From the IMG/VR virus record IMGVR_UViG_3300025288_000012, positions 1 through 64,000 of that record: a stretch of DNA of 64,000 nt, one strand, 5' to 3'. A program made the translations under genes and the position numbers. The stretch is from a virus. The notes under the pieces were generated by a model. The model had not been told where the DNA came from and made no database searches. It saw nothing but the letters and a program-made list of their open reading frames with translations. Of this stretch, positions 56,235 through 64,000 are shown piece by piece. Every line of letters begins with the position of its first letter. The stretch's first letter is position 1.

Positions 56235-57317
56235 TCATCTGATCGGTAGCGTTTTGTGTATAAAGTTCAACCCTTCGGTAGGTTGTAGTACCCTTACGTT
56301 GACCTGCCAGTCAAGATTACGGTCTTCGGCCGTTCGCAGATACTGTTCATCCGATATCTTGAACGTAGTATTGCGTGAAGGAACATGAATAATGTCACCT
56401 GGAGCTACATCCCTTATTGTCATTGGTAGTATTATTTGGATGTTACCTAAGGTGTCAAACATAGTCCAGTCTGTAGCCTTTGACGCCTGCGATAGATTGG
56501 CCCACACACGTTCTGTACCTAGATCGAACTCTATAACTGCATGGGTGAACATATCACTCATGCAGCGCACTAGTGCCACACCACCTGAGGATGCCCTTAA
56601 GTACGCTTCAGTAATAGGCATCCCAGTGCTGTCAACAAGAACTTCGTCAACCAGCAATGAAGTGTTATTCCGAATCGAGTACGCTACACCCTTAAAATAC
56701 TTTGGAACCTCAACAACGAAGTCAACATAGCCTTGAGCCGGGTCCAACTTTACTAGAGTATGAGGACTAGTAGTGATGTTCTTGTGGTAGCCATAAGTGT
56801 CTGCTATGTCGAAAGTAGTAAGAACTCTGCGATCATGACCGTAAAGCTCAAATGCTGGTATGTGTCCCGATCGGTAGCATATACCGCAATCTGCACTTGA
56901 GGAGAACAGACTATCGACGCGATCTACACCAGAGTCATCGTCCACAAGGGCAAACTCGTCTTCATCGGATTCATCTTCTGCTGAAAGTGAATCACCAACG
57001 GCACCGAACAAGGGCCTTACATAGTCGATGACTATTTCCTGGTCAGCATTTCCGTTAGTTTTGGTCATTGTGGCAGTCGATGCAGACTTTCCAACGGGTA
57101 GTTCTGTTTGCTGACAGGTACAGAGTTGCACTGAGGTACACTGGTGGTAGTATTTTACCTCGAATGAATCCACACCTAGTGCTTCTAAACCTTGGTTTTG
57201 GTAACTGGTAACCACCTCTCGTAGACGGGCATCTGCTTGCTTGTGAATATAGTTCTTAGGGTGCCTACGCTTGATAACGCCAGTTCCTTTGGTAATCATG
57301 GCCAATTCCTTATTCAT
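56235..57317 (-). CDS. Putative head-closure/neck protein
   Basis: N-terminal LCTC and CGICYRSG Cys motifs; beta-rich C-terminus (IRDVAPGDII). Confidence 0.45.
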   Translation of the reverse strand: MNKELAMITKGTGVIKRRHPKNYIHKQADARLREVVTSYQNQGLEALGVDSFEVKYYHQCTSVQLCTCQQTELPVGKSASTATMTKTNGNADQEIVIDYVRPLFGAVGDSLSAEDESDEDEFALVDDDSGVDRVDSLFSSSADCGICYRSGHIPAFELYGHDRRVLTTFDIADTYGYHKNITTSPHTLVKLDPAQGYVDFVVEVPKYFKGVAYSIRNNTSLLVDEVLVDSTGMPITEAYLRASSGGVALVRCMSDMFTHAVIEFDLGTERVWANLSQASKATDWTMFDTLGNIQIILPMTIRDVAPGDIIHVPSRNTTFKISDEQYLRTAEDRNLDWQVNVRVLQPTEGLNFIHKTLPIR

Positions 57318-57451
57318 TTGACCCTGTAAAATTACGAATAGAACTGTAAAGGATCAAGTTCGGTTACATTTCAAATTCACCCTCGCTTTGTGTAATTTCA
57401 ACTTCACATACAATATTTAGGAAGCACAAATGCACATGACGCTGCTCGGTC

Positions 57452-59026
57452 TTGATCCTGGGAAAAACAATGGCTAGACGTAGAACTACAACTCCAGAAG
57501 GTTATAGGAAAGCCTTAACTGAAAAATATGGTAAAGACACTTATCTGAGTGGATTTAAGTCAATGTCGGCACCAGCACTCCACACTTGCCCCAAGTGTGG
57601 AGTGGAATTTTTGAAATCACCTGGACTAATGTTGGGTAGTAGGAGATATGCAAACTGCTTGAAATGTTCTCGCGCAATAACTACATTAAAACAGAGAGTA
57701 CCAGAGAAAAAGTTTAGGGTTGCACTAAAGAAAAAGTTTGACTACATTGAATGTTTGGCCTATACTACTAATCACAAGCCATCAAAATTTAGATGCGGAC
57801 TGTGCGGGAATGAATGGGAAACAAAAGCATACGAGTTGATGAAACTTAAACATGGCTGCCCCGTGTGTGCTAGTGTTGAGGCAGCTCGTGCGACTACTCA
57901 CTCTATTGAAGAAATACGCGAGCAGCTTAAAGAAGCAAATCCAACTTTGCGAGTACTGGACACGAAGAGAAGGAAGGACAAAGGGTTTGTACAAGTACAA
58001 GGAGAGTGTGGTCACAGTTGGATTGCCAGTATAGGAAACTTGGTCCATAATAAAACTGGTTGCCCAATTTGCTCAAAGTTCAAAGGAACTGAATACAGGA
58101 CCACAGCCAAGTTTGTGCATCTGGGTAAACGAAAAGTTGCAGTTGAAGGGTCTGAGCACATAGCTTTAAAATTTCTGTTGAAAAAGGTTGCCGCTACTAA
58201 AATAGCCGTGTTTAGTGAAGGCACTATAGACCCAGTGCCCTACACTTTTCAATCGGTAGAAAGAGAATACTGGCCTGACCTTAAAATTGGACCAAGACTA
58301 CTGGTGGAAGTAAAGTCGACCTACACTCTGTTCAAGGATTTTTTAAAGAACAAAGCCAAGGTAGCAGGGTGCAATAAAGCAGGGTTCAGAATAAAATTTC
58401 TGGTAGTTGTAGGTAACAGGACTATCGTCCTGCCTAAAGAATGGACAACCTGGAAGCAAGATAAAGTAGAAGCCTACCTTAGGACAAAAACTTTAAACTC
58501 TTTAAGGGTGCTATCCTTAGACCCAGGTGTTACAAATTTTGCATGGGCAGTTACTGAAGCTGATAGGTCAAGTATGCTAGTTCTAGCGTCAGGAATGCTA
58601 AACAATACCATAACAGACTTGAAGGTAAGTATAAAGGACCAGTCTAAACTATTTAAGGAAGAGATACTGGAGATAATTCAAGAGTACCAAGTAGATAGCA
58701 TAATACTAGAACGGTTTATGTCACGAGGTCATGGTGGAACAACTATAGAACTTGTAAACATAATGATAGGTGTTCTTCTTGGCATGCCTTGTGCCGCATT
58801 AAAGAGGTGGAAATTAGTTACAGCCGCGCAGTGGAAGAATGAATGGAACCGTAGAGCAGACCTAAGTGCATTTTATTCAAAAGTAAGTGGAACCGTACAC
58901 CAAGTTGATGCAATAGGAATAGGGATGTACGGAATTGACACATGGTTCGATCAAGTACCATTCGATTATCTGACGGACGACTTTCAAAAGAAACTTGCTT
59001 TAAACATAAGCCGTACTTCAATATGA
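57452..59026 (+). CDS. Zn-ribbon/PD-(D/E)XK homing-endonuclease-like domain fused to a RuvC-like resolvase
   Basis: Repeated CxxC ribbons, YWPDLKI...LVEVKS, then SLDPG / ILERF / HQVDAIG RuvC acidic motifs. Confidence 0.75.
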   Translation: MILGKTMARRRTTTPEGYRKALTEKYGKDTYLSGFKSMSAPALHTCPKCGVEFLKSPGLMLGSRRYANCLKCSRAITTLKQRVPEKKFRVALKKKFDYIECLAYTTNHKPSKFRCGLCGNEWETKAYELMKLKHGCPVCASVEAARATTHSIEEIREQLKEANPTLRVLDTKRRKDKGFVQVQGECGHSWIASIGNLVHNKTGCPICSKFKGTEYRTTAKFVHLGKRKVAVEGSEHIALKFLLKKVAATKIAVFSEGTIDPVPYTFQSVEREYWPDLKIGPRLLVEVKSTYTLFKDFLKNKAKVAGCNKAGFRIKFLVVVGNRTIVLPKEWTTWKQDKVEAYLRTKTLNSLRVLSLDPGVTNFAWAVTEADRSSMLVLASGMLNNTITDLKVSIKDQSKLFKEEILEIIQEYQVDSIILERFMSRGHGGTTIELVNIMIGVLLGMPCAALKRWKLVTAAQWKNEWNRRADLSAFYSKVSGTVHQVDAIGIGMYGIDTWFDQVPFDYLTDDFQKKLALNISRTSI

Positions 59027-59058
59027 AAGCAGTATTGCAACCTTGAGGAATCGTATAA

Positions 59059-59598
59059 GTGCAACCGAAAACTAACACCTGTCTTTATGTGGAATGGTAC
59101 AAATTTCACAAGTGTGAGATACGGACTTGTAAGAACTTCACCTCAATAACTAGAACTAGCTGTCTTGCACTTGATAGGGTTAACCCATCAGGTGTGAGGG
59201 CCATAACTGACGCAGAGCTTCACATGTACAAATACCCGGAGGCAAAGGTTAGTACAAGGCTGATAGCGCTAAAGCGTAAAGCAGCAGTTGACAGGGTAAA
59301 GGCTATGTTAGTTCTGCGCGAACTTATAGAGTTCATCCGGGAGAAGAACCACGTTGGACAAAGTGTAGAGACACCTGCAACAATAAAGCTTGAGTCACTG
59401 TACCCGCTGAAGGTAAAGAAATTGAAGTTTGAATCATGGATGTGGCCACATATAGTGTCCACTAAAACCTACGAGGAATTTTTGTCACGACAAAGTGGCG
59501 AATGTTCCCAGATATACCTTCACCAGCTGTTAAACATCACGGCTATGAAGTTTGATGCACTAGCACGTTCACTAACCAAGGAGTTTGAAAATGACTGA
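59059..59598 (+). CDS. Hypothetical protein
   Basis: GAGGA SD; Cys-containing N-terminus. Confidence 0.55.
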   Translation: MQPKTNTCLYVEWYKFHKCEIRTCKNFTSITRTSCLALDRVNPSGVRAITDAELHMYKYPEAKVSTRLIALKRKAAVDRVKAMLVLRELIEFIREKNHVGQSVETPATIKLESLYPLKVKKLKFESWMWPHIVSTKTYEEFLSRQSGECSQIYLHQLLNITAMKFDALARSLTKEFEND

Positions 59599-60175
59599 AT
59601 CGAAAATCAAGCAATTTATTTCCATCGGAGAATCAGAGAAGGATGAGTCTTCTTCTGTGTGGGTGTTGAACTCGTCCGACCCCAAAGGTAACATCAACTT
59701 CTCGGTGTCAGATGGTATGGGCGGCCAGGTAGTTATCCACCTTCCGGTTACCTGGATTCCGATGGACCTGACTACCCAGGCTACAAAAGCTACCATCCTT
59801 GCAAGCCCGCGATTCCGCAACCTCCTGGCGCAGAAAATGATCCAGCTGGTATCGGCTCAGTACGCTGAGTCTGTCATGACCCAGTCTACGGCAATCTCAG
59901 AAGCTCGTCGGGTGTACAACCGCACCATGCACCAGGAGCTGGATAACAGTAACATGCCCAGTGCTGCCCAAAGTATTGTGGCCGAGGGCATGGGTGACGT
60001 TAGTGGCTTCGCCATGAACATTGCTCATAGCGACTCACTGGATGAAGACAGTGCACTCAACGCACTTCGCGGTCAGGAGTCAGTTCTCACCAAAGCTGAC
60101 ATGCAGTTCATCGCTCAAAACTCTAGCTTGGCACGGGTCAAGGAATATGCAGCTCAGCGTGTTACCCAGATGTAA
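59585..60175 (+). CDS. Hypothetical protein
   Basis: AAGGAG SD; strong codon bias. Confidence 0.65.
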   Translation: MKMTESKIKQFISIGESEKDESSSVWVLNSSDPKGNINFSVSDGMGGQVVIHLPVTWIPMDLTTQATKATILASPRFRNLLAQKMIQLVSAQYAESVMTQSTAISEARRVYNRTMHQELDNSNMPSAAQSIVAEGMGDVSGFAMNIAHSDSLDEDSALNALRGQESVLTKADMQFIAQNSSLARVKEYAAQRVTQM

Positions 60176-60194
60176 GGTGTTCGCAGCAAAGGAG

Positions 60195-60221
60195 ATGGCC
60201 GCTAATTGCGGCCATTTTTTT
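60195..60221 (+). terminator. Rho-independent terminator between convergent genes
   Basis: ATGGCCGC TAATT GCGGCCAT TTTTTT. Confidence 0.85.
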
Positions 60222-60237
60222 CGTCTTGACAACAAGG

Positions 60238-61242
60238 TTAAATGAAATCGTGCTTATCGTTAAGCAGTGCTTTCAACTTTCGGATGTAGGACTCAGGCAT
60301 ATTACCTGGGTCATACTCTTTGCCGGAGCTAGAAGGTGGTATGCGTATACGCTTAAGCGACACCTTAGTTGTATCGAATATGGACTTTATGGTATTCCAA
60401 GTAACGTCACCACCAGAATCTCCATCAGTCATGGCATAGATGTGCGTTATACCCAACGACAGCACAAACAAAGCCTTAGTGCGATTTGAAGTACGTGCAC
60501 CCAGTAGTGCAAGTGCTGGTATACCGTGGGAAAGCAACCTAAGTGCATCCCGTGGTCCCTCTACGACAATAACGAACTTGTAACCTGTTCTGCGCAGGAG
60601 ATTTTTCGTGTAAACATAAGGGAACAGTCCATAAGACTTTACCCACTCTCCTCGCATTGTTATGTAGCCCAGCTTTCCCTTTTGTCCGTCTTGCTTTTCA
60701 AAGATAGCCTTTACTCCACCACGAACCTTCCCGGCTATCTTTACAGGGAACAGTACTGCGATAGAGTCGTTGTGGTAATCTTCAATGATGTGACCACCAA
60801 CGTCATGAACTAGTTGCCCTTTGTACCCACGCCATTCAAGACTTATAGGCCATCTCTGAGCTTCGGTGCACCCCATCTTCCTCTTGACTTCTTTGAACGT
60901 AATACCTGCATCACCCAGTAACTCATTGTCTGTGTCTGCAGTTACGATGTTCTTCGCTACTGAACCATTGCTGTCGTTAGCCCAGGCTTGGATTGTAGGT
61001 AGACCAGTCTTTTCGGCGAAGACGTTCCAGTGACCGTGTTCTCCGCACCCAAGGCAATTGAAAGAGAACTGTTCGCGTTTCCCAGTTGACTCAGCTACAT
61101 AAATACCCAGCGATGGGTCAGTGTCATCATGGAACGGGCAGCGAACCATATGCCAACTTCCAGCTTGTTTCTGTGGGCCACCGTACTGACGCAGACCCGT
61201 TAGTACAATGTCCAGGTTGTCCTTCTGTGTGTACGTGGTCAT
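60238..61242 (-). CDS. DNA primase (CHC2 zinc finger + Toprim)
   Basis: VRCPFHDDTDPSL...FNCLGCG, VIVVEGPRDAL, MTDGDSGG. Start ATG 61242 (track start 61428 overlaps the + gene). Confidence 0.9.
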   Translation of the reverse strand: MTTYTQKDNLDIVLTGLRQYGGPQKQAGSWHMVRCPFHDDTDPSLGIYVAESTGKREQFSFNCLGCGEHGHWNVFAEKTGLPTIQAWANDSNGSVAKNIVTADTDNELLGDAGITFKEVKRKMGCTEAQRWPISLEWRGYKGQLVHDVGGHIIEDYHNDSIAVLFPVKIAGKVRGGVKAIFEKQDGQKGKLGYITMRGEWVKSYGLFPYVYTKNLLRRTGYKFVIVVEGPRDALRLLSHGIPALALLGARTSNRTKALFVLSLGITHIYAMTDGDSGGDVTWNTIKSIFDTTKVSLKRIRIPPSSSGKEYDPGNMPESYIRKLKALLNDKHDFI

Positions 61243-61270
61243 TTTTATGTAAACAATGTGATGTATAACG

Positions 61271-62269
61271 ATGTGTTTACAGTGTTCTAGGGGAACTAAA
61301 GTGTTCGGTCCAAAGAAGTTAGTGTATACTACAGGCACTGATATACGCGATGTGCTGAAAGAGTTTGACACTGAGTACAGGTCAGCAGTACAGGAACAGT
61401 ACCCAGACATAGTCGTACGGGAGGACAAACTACGGGTGTCCTCCTTCCCCTACTGCGGATTGCGCCACATGTACCGCAGACTAGTGCAGGAAGAAGCCGT
61501 TACAAACTTCGGGGCAGCCTTCTACACAGGTGTGGGTACAGTAACACACGAAGCCATACAACGATGGCTAGGTCATTCAAAGAGGATGCTGGGAAACTGG
61601 AAGTGCAGTTCCGCAAAGTGCAAGGGTAAGAGAGAGTTCTCGTTCAGGAATGTCTGCCCTAAGTGTGGATCAGAAATGCTGTACGAGGAGTTTGAAGTAG
61701 AAGCCTTGAAGCACCTATCGGGGCACCTAGACGGCATCTATAAGGCACGTAATGGGAAATTCTATCTCATAGACTACAAGACTAGCTCAGTTAGAGTGAT
61801 AGGCTCTAACTGGAAGACTAAGATGTTGCCCTACAAGTACAACGTGTTTCAGATAACGGCGTATGCGGCTCTGATAGAACAAGTGTATGACATTGAGATC
61901 AGTGGGTGGATACTTTACTACCTATCTCGGGATAGCCCACTCTACGTTAGTAAGGCTACGGGTGCAAACATAAGTAGTAAGGAGAAACGAGACTATTTGA
62001 GGCGCATGGAAGTATGGGCTGACCACTATGAGCACGTAATGGTCAGAACGAAGAAACTCAGTGACTTGAGCTTCTTAGTGGAGAACAAACCTTGCAAGTG
62101 CATGAAGGACTACAACGAAACCTACAAGGCGTACGATATATGTCCTCTGGCTAAGAACGGTGTGTGCTTCGATAGTGAGAAGCTGAGCACAAAGCTAAAA
62201 GCACTATGGATAGCCAAGCCTGATAACTGGCAGACGTTTAACGCGCCCAAATACTTGGAAAAACTGTAA
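61271..62269 (+). CDS. Cas4-like PD-(D/E)XK exonuclease
   Basis: SSFPYC, GTVTH, YEE, GHLDG, LIDYKT, FQITAY and a C-terminal Cys cluster; true start probably somewhat downstream. Confidence 0.8.
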   Translation: MCLQCSRGTKVFGPKKLVYTTGTDIRDVLKEFDTEYRSAVQEQYPDIVVREDKLRVSSFPYCGLRHMYRRLVQEEAVTNFGAAFYTGVGTVTHEAIQRWLGHSKRMLGNWKCSSAKCKGKREFSFRNVCPKCGSEMLYEEFEVEALKHLSGHLDGIYKARNGKFYLIDYKTSSVRVIGSNWKTKMLPYKYNVFQITAYAALIEQVYDIEISGWILYYLSRDSPLYVSKATGANISSKEKRDYLRRMEVWADHYEHVMVRTKKLSDLSFLVENKPCKCMKDYNETYKAYDICPLAKNGVCFDSEKLSTKLKALWIAKPDNWQTFNAPKYLEKL

Positions 62270-62312
62270 AGAAAATGCAGACAATTGCTGGCAAGAGCTA
62301 GGGTATAGACAA

Positions 62313-63746
62313 ATGAAACACAAATACACCACACCGAAAAGTCCTAAAAAAGGTTACGCGTTTGTAGCTGCGGGTACACTGTACCGGAATGCAGGTGGCA
62401 TAAGCGTGTATGTGAAGTACGGTAGTAATGATCCACACAAGATTTCAGTCAAGCAAATGACTGACGAGTACGTGTGGTTCGTGTGTCCCGACCGAGAGCT
62501 GGTCATAGTTCGAGACGGTCAAACGTTAGGCGCGTTCTACCCGTATGGAGATTCGTTCGATGAATGCTACGACTTCAGTCCGTTCAATGACCGTGCAGCC
62601 AAAGGTATGGGTCTGAAGTACATAATGACCAACTTTGTTCATAGTCCTAACTCAAAGAACTGCAGGTTGAAGTCTGAAATCCCTGAAGAGCATCGAATGA
62701 CTGTATTGTCCGATAGCGGTGGACTTCAGCTAGTAGCCCGTAAGGATAAATCTCTAGTGATTGACCCCAGAGACCTTATAACGTTCTACAACAACAACGT
62801 TGACGCGGGCATGGTACTGGACATACCACTTGCAATTGCAGACCGAAAGACTACAATGAGGGCTGCTCGACTTCAGAAAAGGAATAACGAGCTGCTCCTG
62901 AAAATGTCCAAGGGCGTGGAACTGATAAACATATTCCACGGTCACAACGATGAAGAGCGAGCGAAGTACAGAGAGATTGTTGAGAACGAGGCAATACCTA
63001 GAGTTGCATTGGGTGGAGTAGCGTTCAACTCTTTAATGTCTGGTGTAGACCTGATATACTCGTCTATCAATGGTGATCTACGATACAAACAGTACCATGT
63101 GCTGGGTGTATTCCTTGCTGCCCATTTGCCCTTGCTCGTTAAGATAGCAAACACAGGTGAGAATCCAGTTCACATAACGAGTGACAGCACAAGCCATATT
63201 CAAAGTGCGGTCAACAAGGCGTACCACTTCCAGTTCGACATTAACACTACGTCCAAGCGCCTTCCTATAGGTGCCAGATCTACAGTGCCGAACAGCAACA
63301 GGCTGTTACCGTGTCAGTGTGCAGTGTGCAAAGTTATAAAGTACACAGACATACTAGGGTTTGGTGATGGAAGGCACACTACTGAACTTCTTGCGCTCCA
63401 CAATGCACTTGAAATGACCAGGTACACGGATCAGCTTCAGGAAGCTTGTGAGACTTTGCCCAGCAAAGAGTACAACAAACTGGTACGTGAGCAGCTAGGT
63501 AAGAACCCAGCAATAGTTGAATTCACCCATTGTCTGGAGTTCATTGAAATCGCAGCTGAAAACCACGCCAAGGCACGAACAAAGTACGCTGCGATGATTA
63601 ACAAGAGAAAGGCGTCTAAGACAGCGCTTGCACCAAGCAACAGTTTGTTTGGCGATGCGACGCCCGACCTATATGCAAAGAGGCAAGAGCACGTGCTAAC
63701 CTTGATGGGCAAGATGGAACGTATGCTGGACAACCTCGGAGGATGA
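62313..63746 (+). CDS. TGT-family transglycosylase (DpdA-like)
   Basis: SDSGG, VLDIP, IFHG, LGG, HVLG, SDSTSH and Zn site CQCAVC...LHN. Confidence 0.8.
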   Translation: MKHKYTTPKSPKKGYAFVAAGTLYRNAGGISVYVKYGSNDPHKISVKQMTDEYVWFVCPDRELVIVRDGQTLGAFYPYGDSFDECYDFSPFNDRAAKGMGLKYIMTNFVHSPNSKNCRLKSEIPEEHRMTVLSDSGGLQLVARKDKSLVIDPRDLITFYNNNVDAGMVLDIPLAIADRKTTMRAARLQKRNNELLLKMSKGVELINIFHGHNDEERAKYREIVENEAIPRVALGGVAFNSLMSGVDLIYSSINGDLRYKQYHVLGVFLAAHLPLLVKIANTGENPVHITSDSTSHIQSAVNKAYHFQFDINTTSKRLPIGARSTVPNSNRLLPCQCAVCKVIKYTDILGFGDGRHTTELLALHNALEMTRYTDQLQEACETLPSKEYNKLVREQLGKNPAIVEFTHCLEFIEIAAENHAKARTKYAAMINKRKASKTALAPSNSLFGDATPDLYAKRQEHVLTLMGKMERMLDNLGG

Positions 63747-63747
63747 C

Positions 63748-64000
63748 ATGATAGCATTTGATCTCGATGGAGTACTGCAGCCTGATTTGCGATACACGAA
63801 AAACTTCAACCTGGTAGAGGTTAACTCCGTAAGGAATCTAATGATTCCCTTGTACCAACCCAAAGGAAAATGGTGTATCATAACTTCAAGGTCGATGGAG
63901 GATGCAGACGAGATAGCACGGTGGATTGACAAGTCATTTGAAGTTAAACCTGCGCTTGTAGTTCAGTCTTGCAGAGAAGGTGAGATTAGCAGCGTGTACA
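63748..64000 (+). CDS. HAD-family phosphatase, partial (runs off right edge)
   Basis: Not in the track: MIAFDLDGVL (motif I) ... IITSR (motif II); GGAGG SD. Confidence 0.8.
   Translation, partial: MIAFDLDGVLQPDLRYTKNFNLVEVNSVRNLMIPLYQPKGKWCIITSRSMEDADEIARWIDKSFEVKPALVVQSCREGEISSVY

Noticed and set aside
58500..59026. RuvC plus Zn ribbons as a TnpB/Cas12-like effector
   Set aside because: The RuvC motifs are compact and contiguous like a resolvase; Zn ribbons are N-terminal; there is no array or IS end.
61271..62269. Cas4-like gene as part of a CRISPR-Cas system
   Set aside because: No cas1, cas2 or array; solo Cas4-like nucleases are common phage replication genes.

Overview
This window is a 64-kb segment of a large lytic myophage (jumbo phage) genome. 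It is densely coding and almost entirely on the - strand up to ~57.3 kb. Left to right it holds: (i) a tail-fibre/whisker cluster (collagen-like protein plus five copies of one small beta-sandwich module); (ii) a T4 gp18-like tail sheath flanked by bacterial-type signalling genes (PAS-only sensor, HDOD protein, membrane GGDEF-EAL protein with an intact EAL phosphodiesterase site); (iii) 7-deazaguanine genes (QueD-like, FolE, a purine PRTase; QueE and a TGT/DpdA-like gene lie further right); (iv) an eroding accessory region with pseudogenes, two decayed tRNAs, a ~1-kb ORF-free, hairpin-rich candidate large ncRNA and a phage Hfq; (v) a replication module (intein-bearing UvsW-like helicase, beta-clamp-like protein, and a family A DNA polymerase split into two genes joined by a naturally split intein inside ExoIII); (vi) a 2753-aa SNF2-like protein with two inteins; (vii) a probable head/virion module, in which five unrelated proteins, including an Acb1-like 2H phosphoesterase, share an N-terminal MK[LV]x[VI]S[LI][SA] tag, plus a histone H1/AlgP-like protein; (viii) a homing-endonuclease-RuvC fusion, primase, Cas4-like nuclease and HAD phosphatase. 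The gene set resembles RSL1/Lu11/PaBG/Y3-type jumbo phages and suggests a proteobacterial host (inference, not searched). All calls come from reading motifs by eye. Several genes carry frameshifts or nonsense codons that may be real decay or assembly error.
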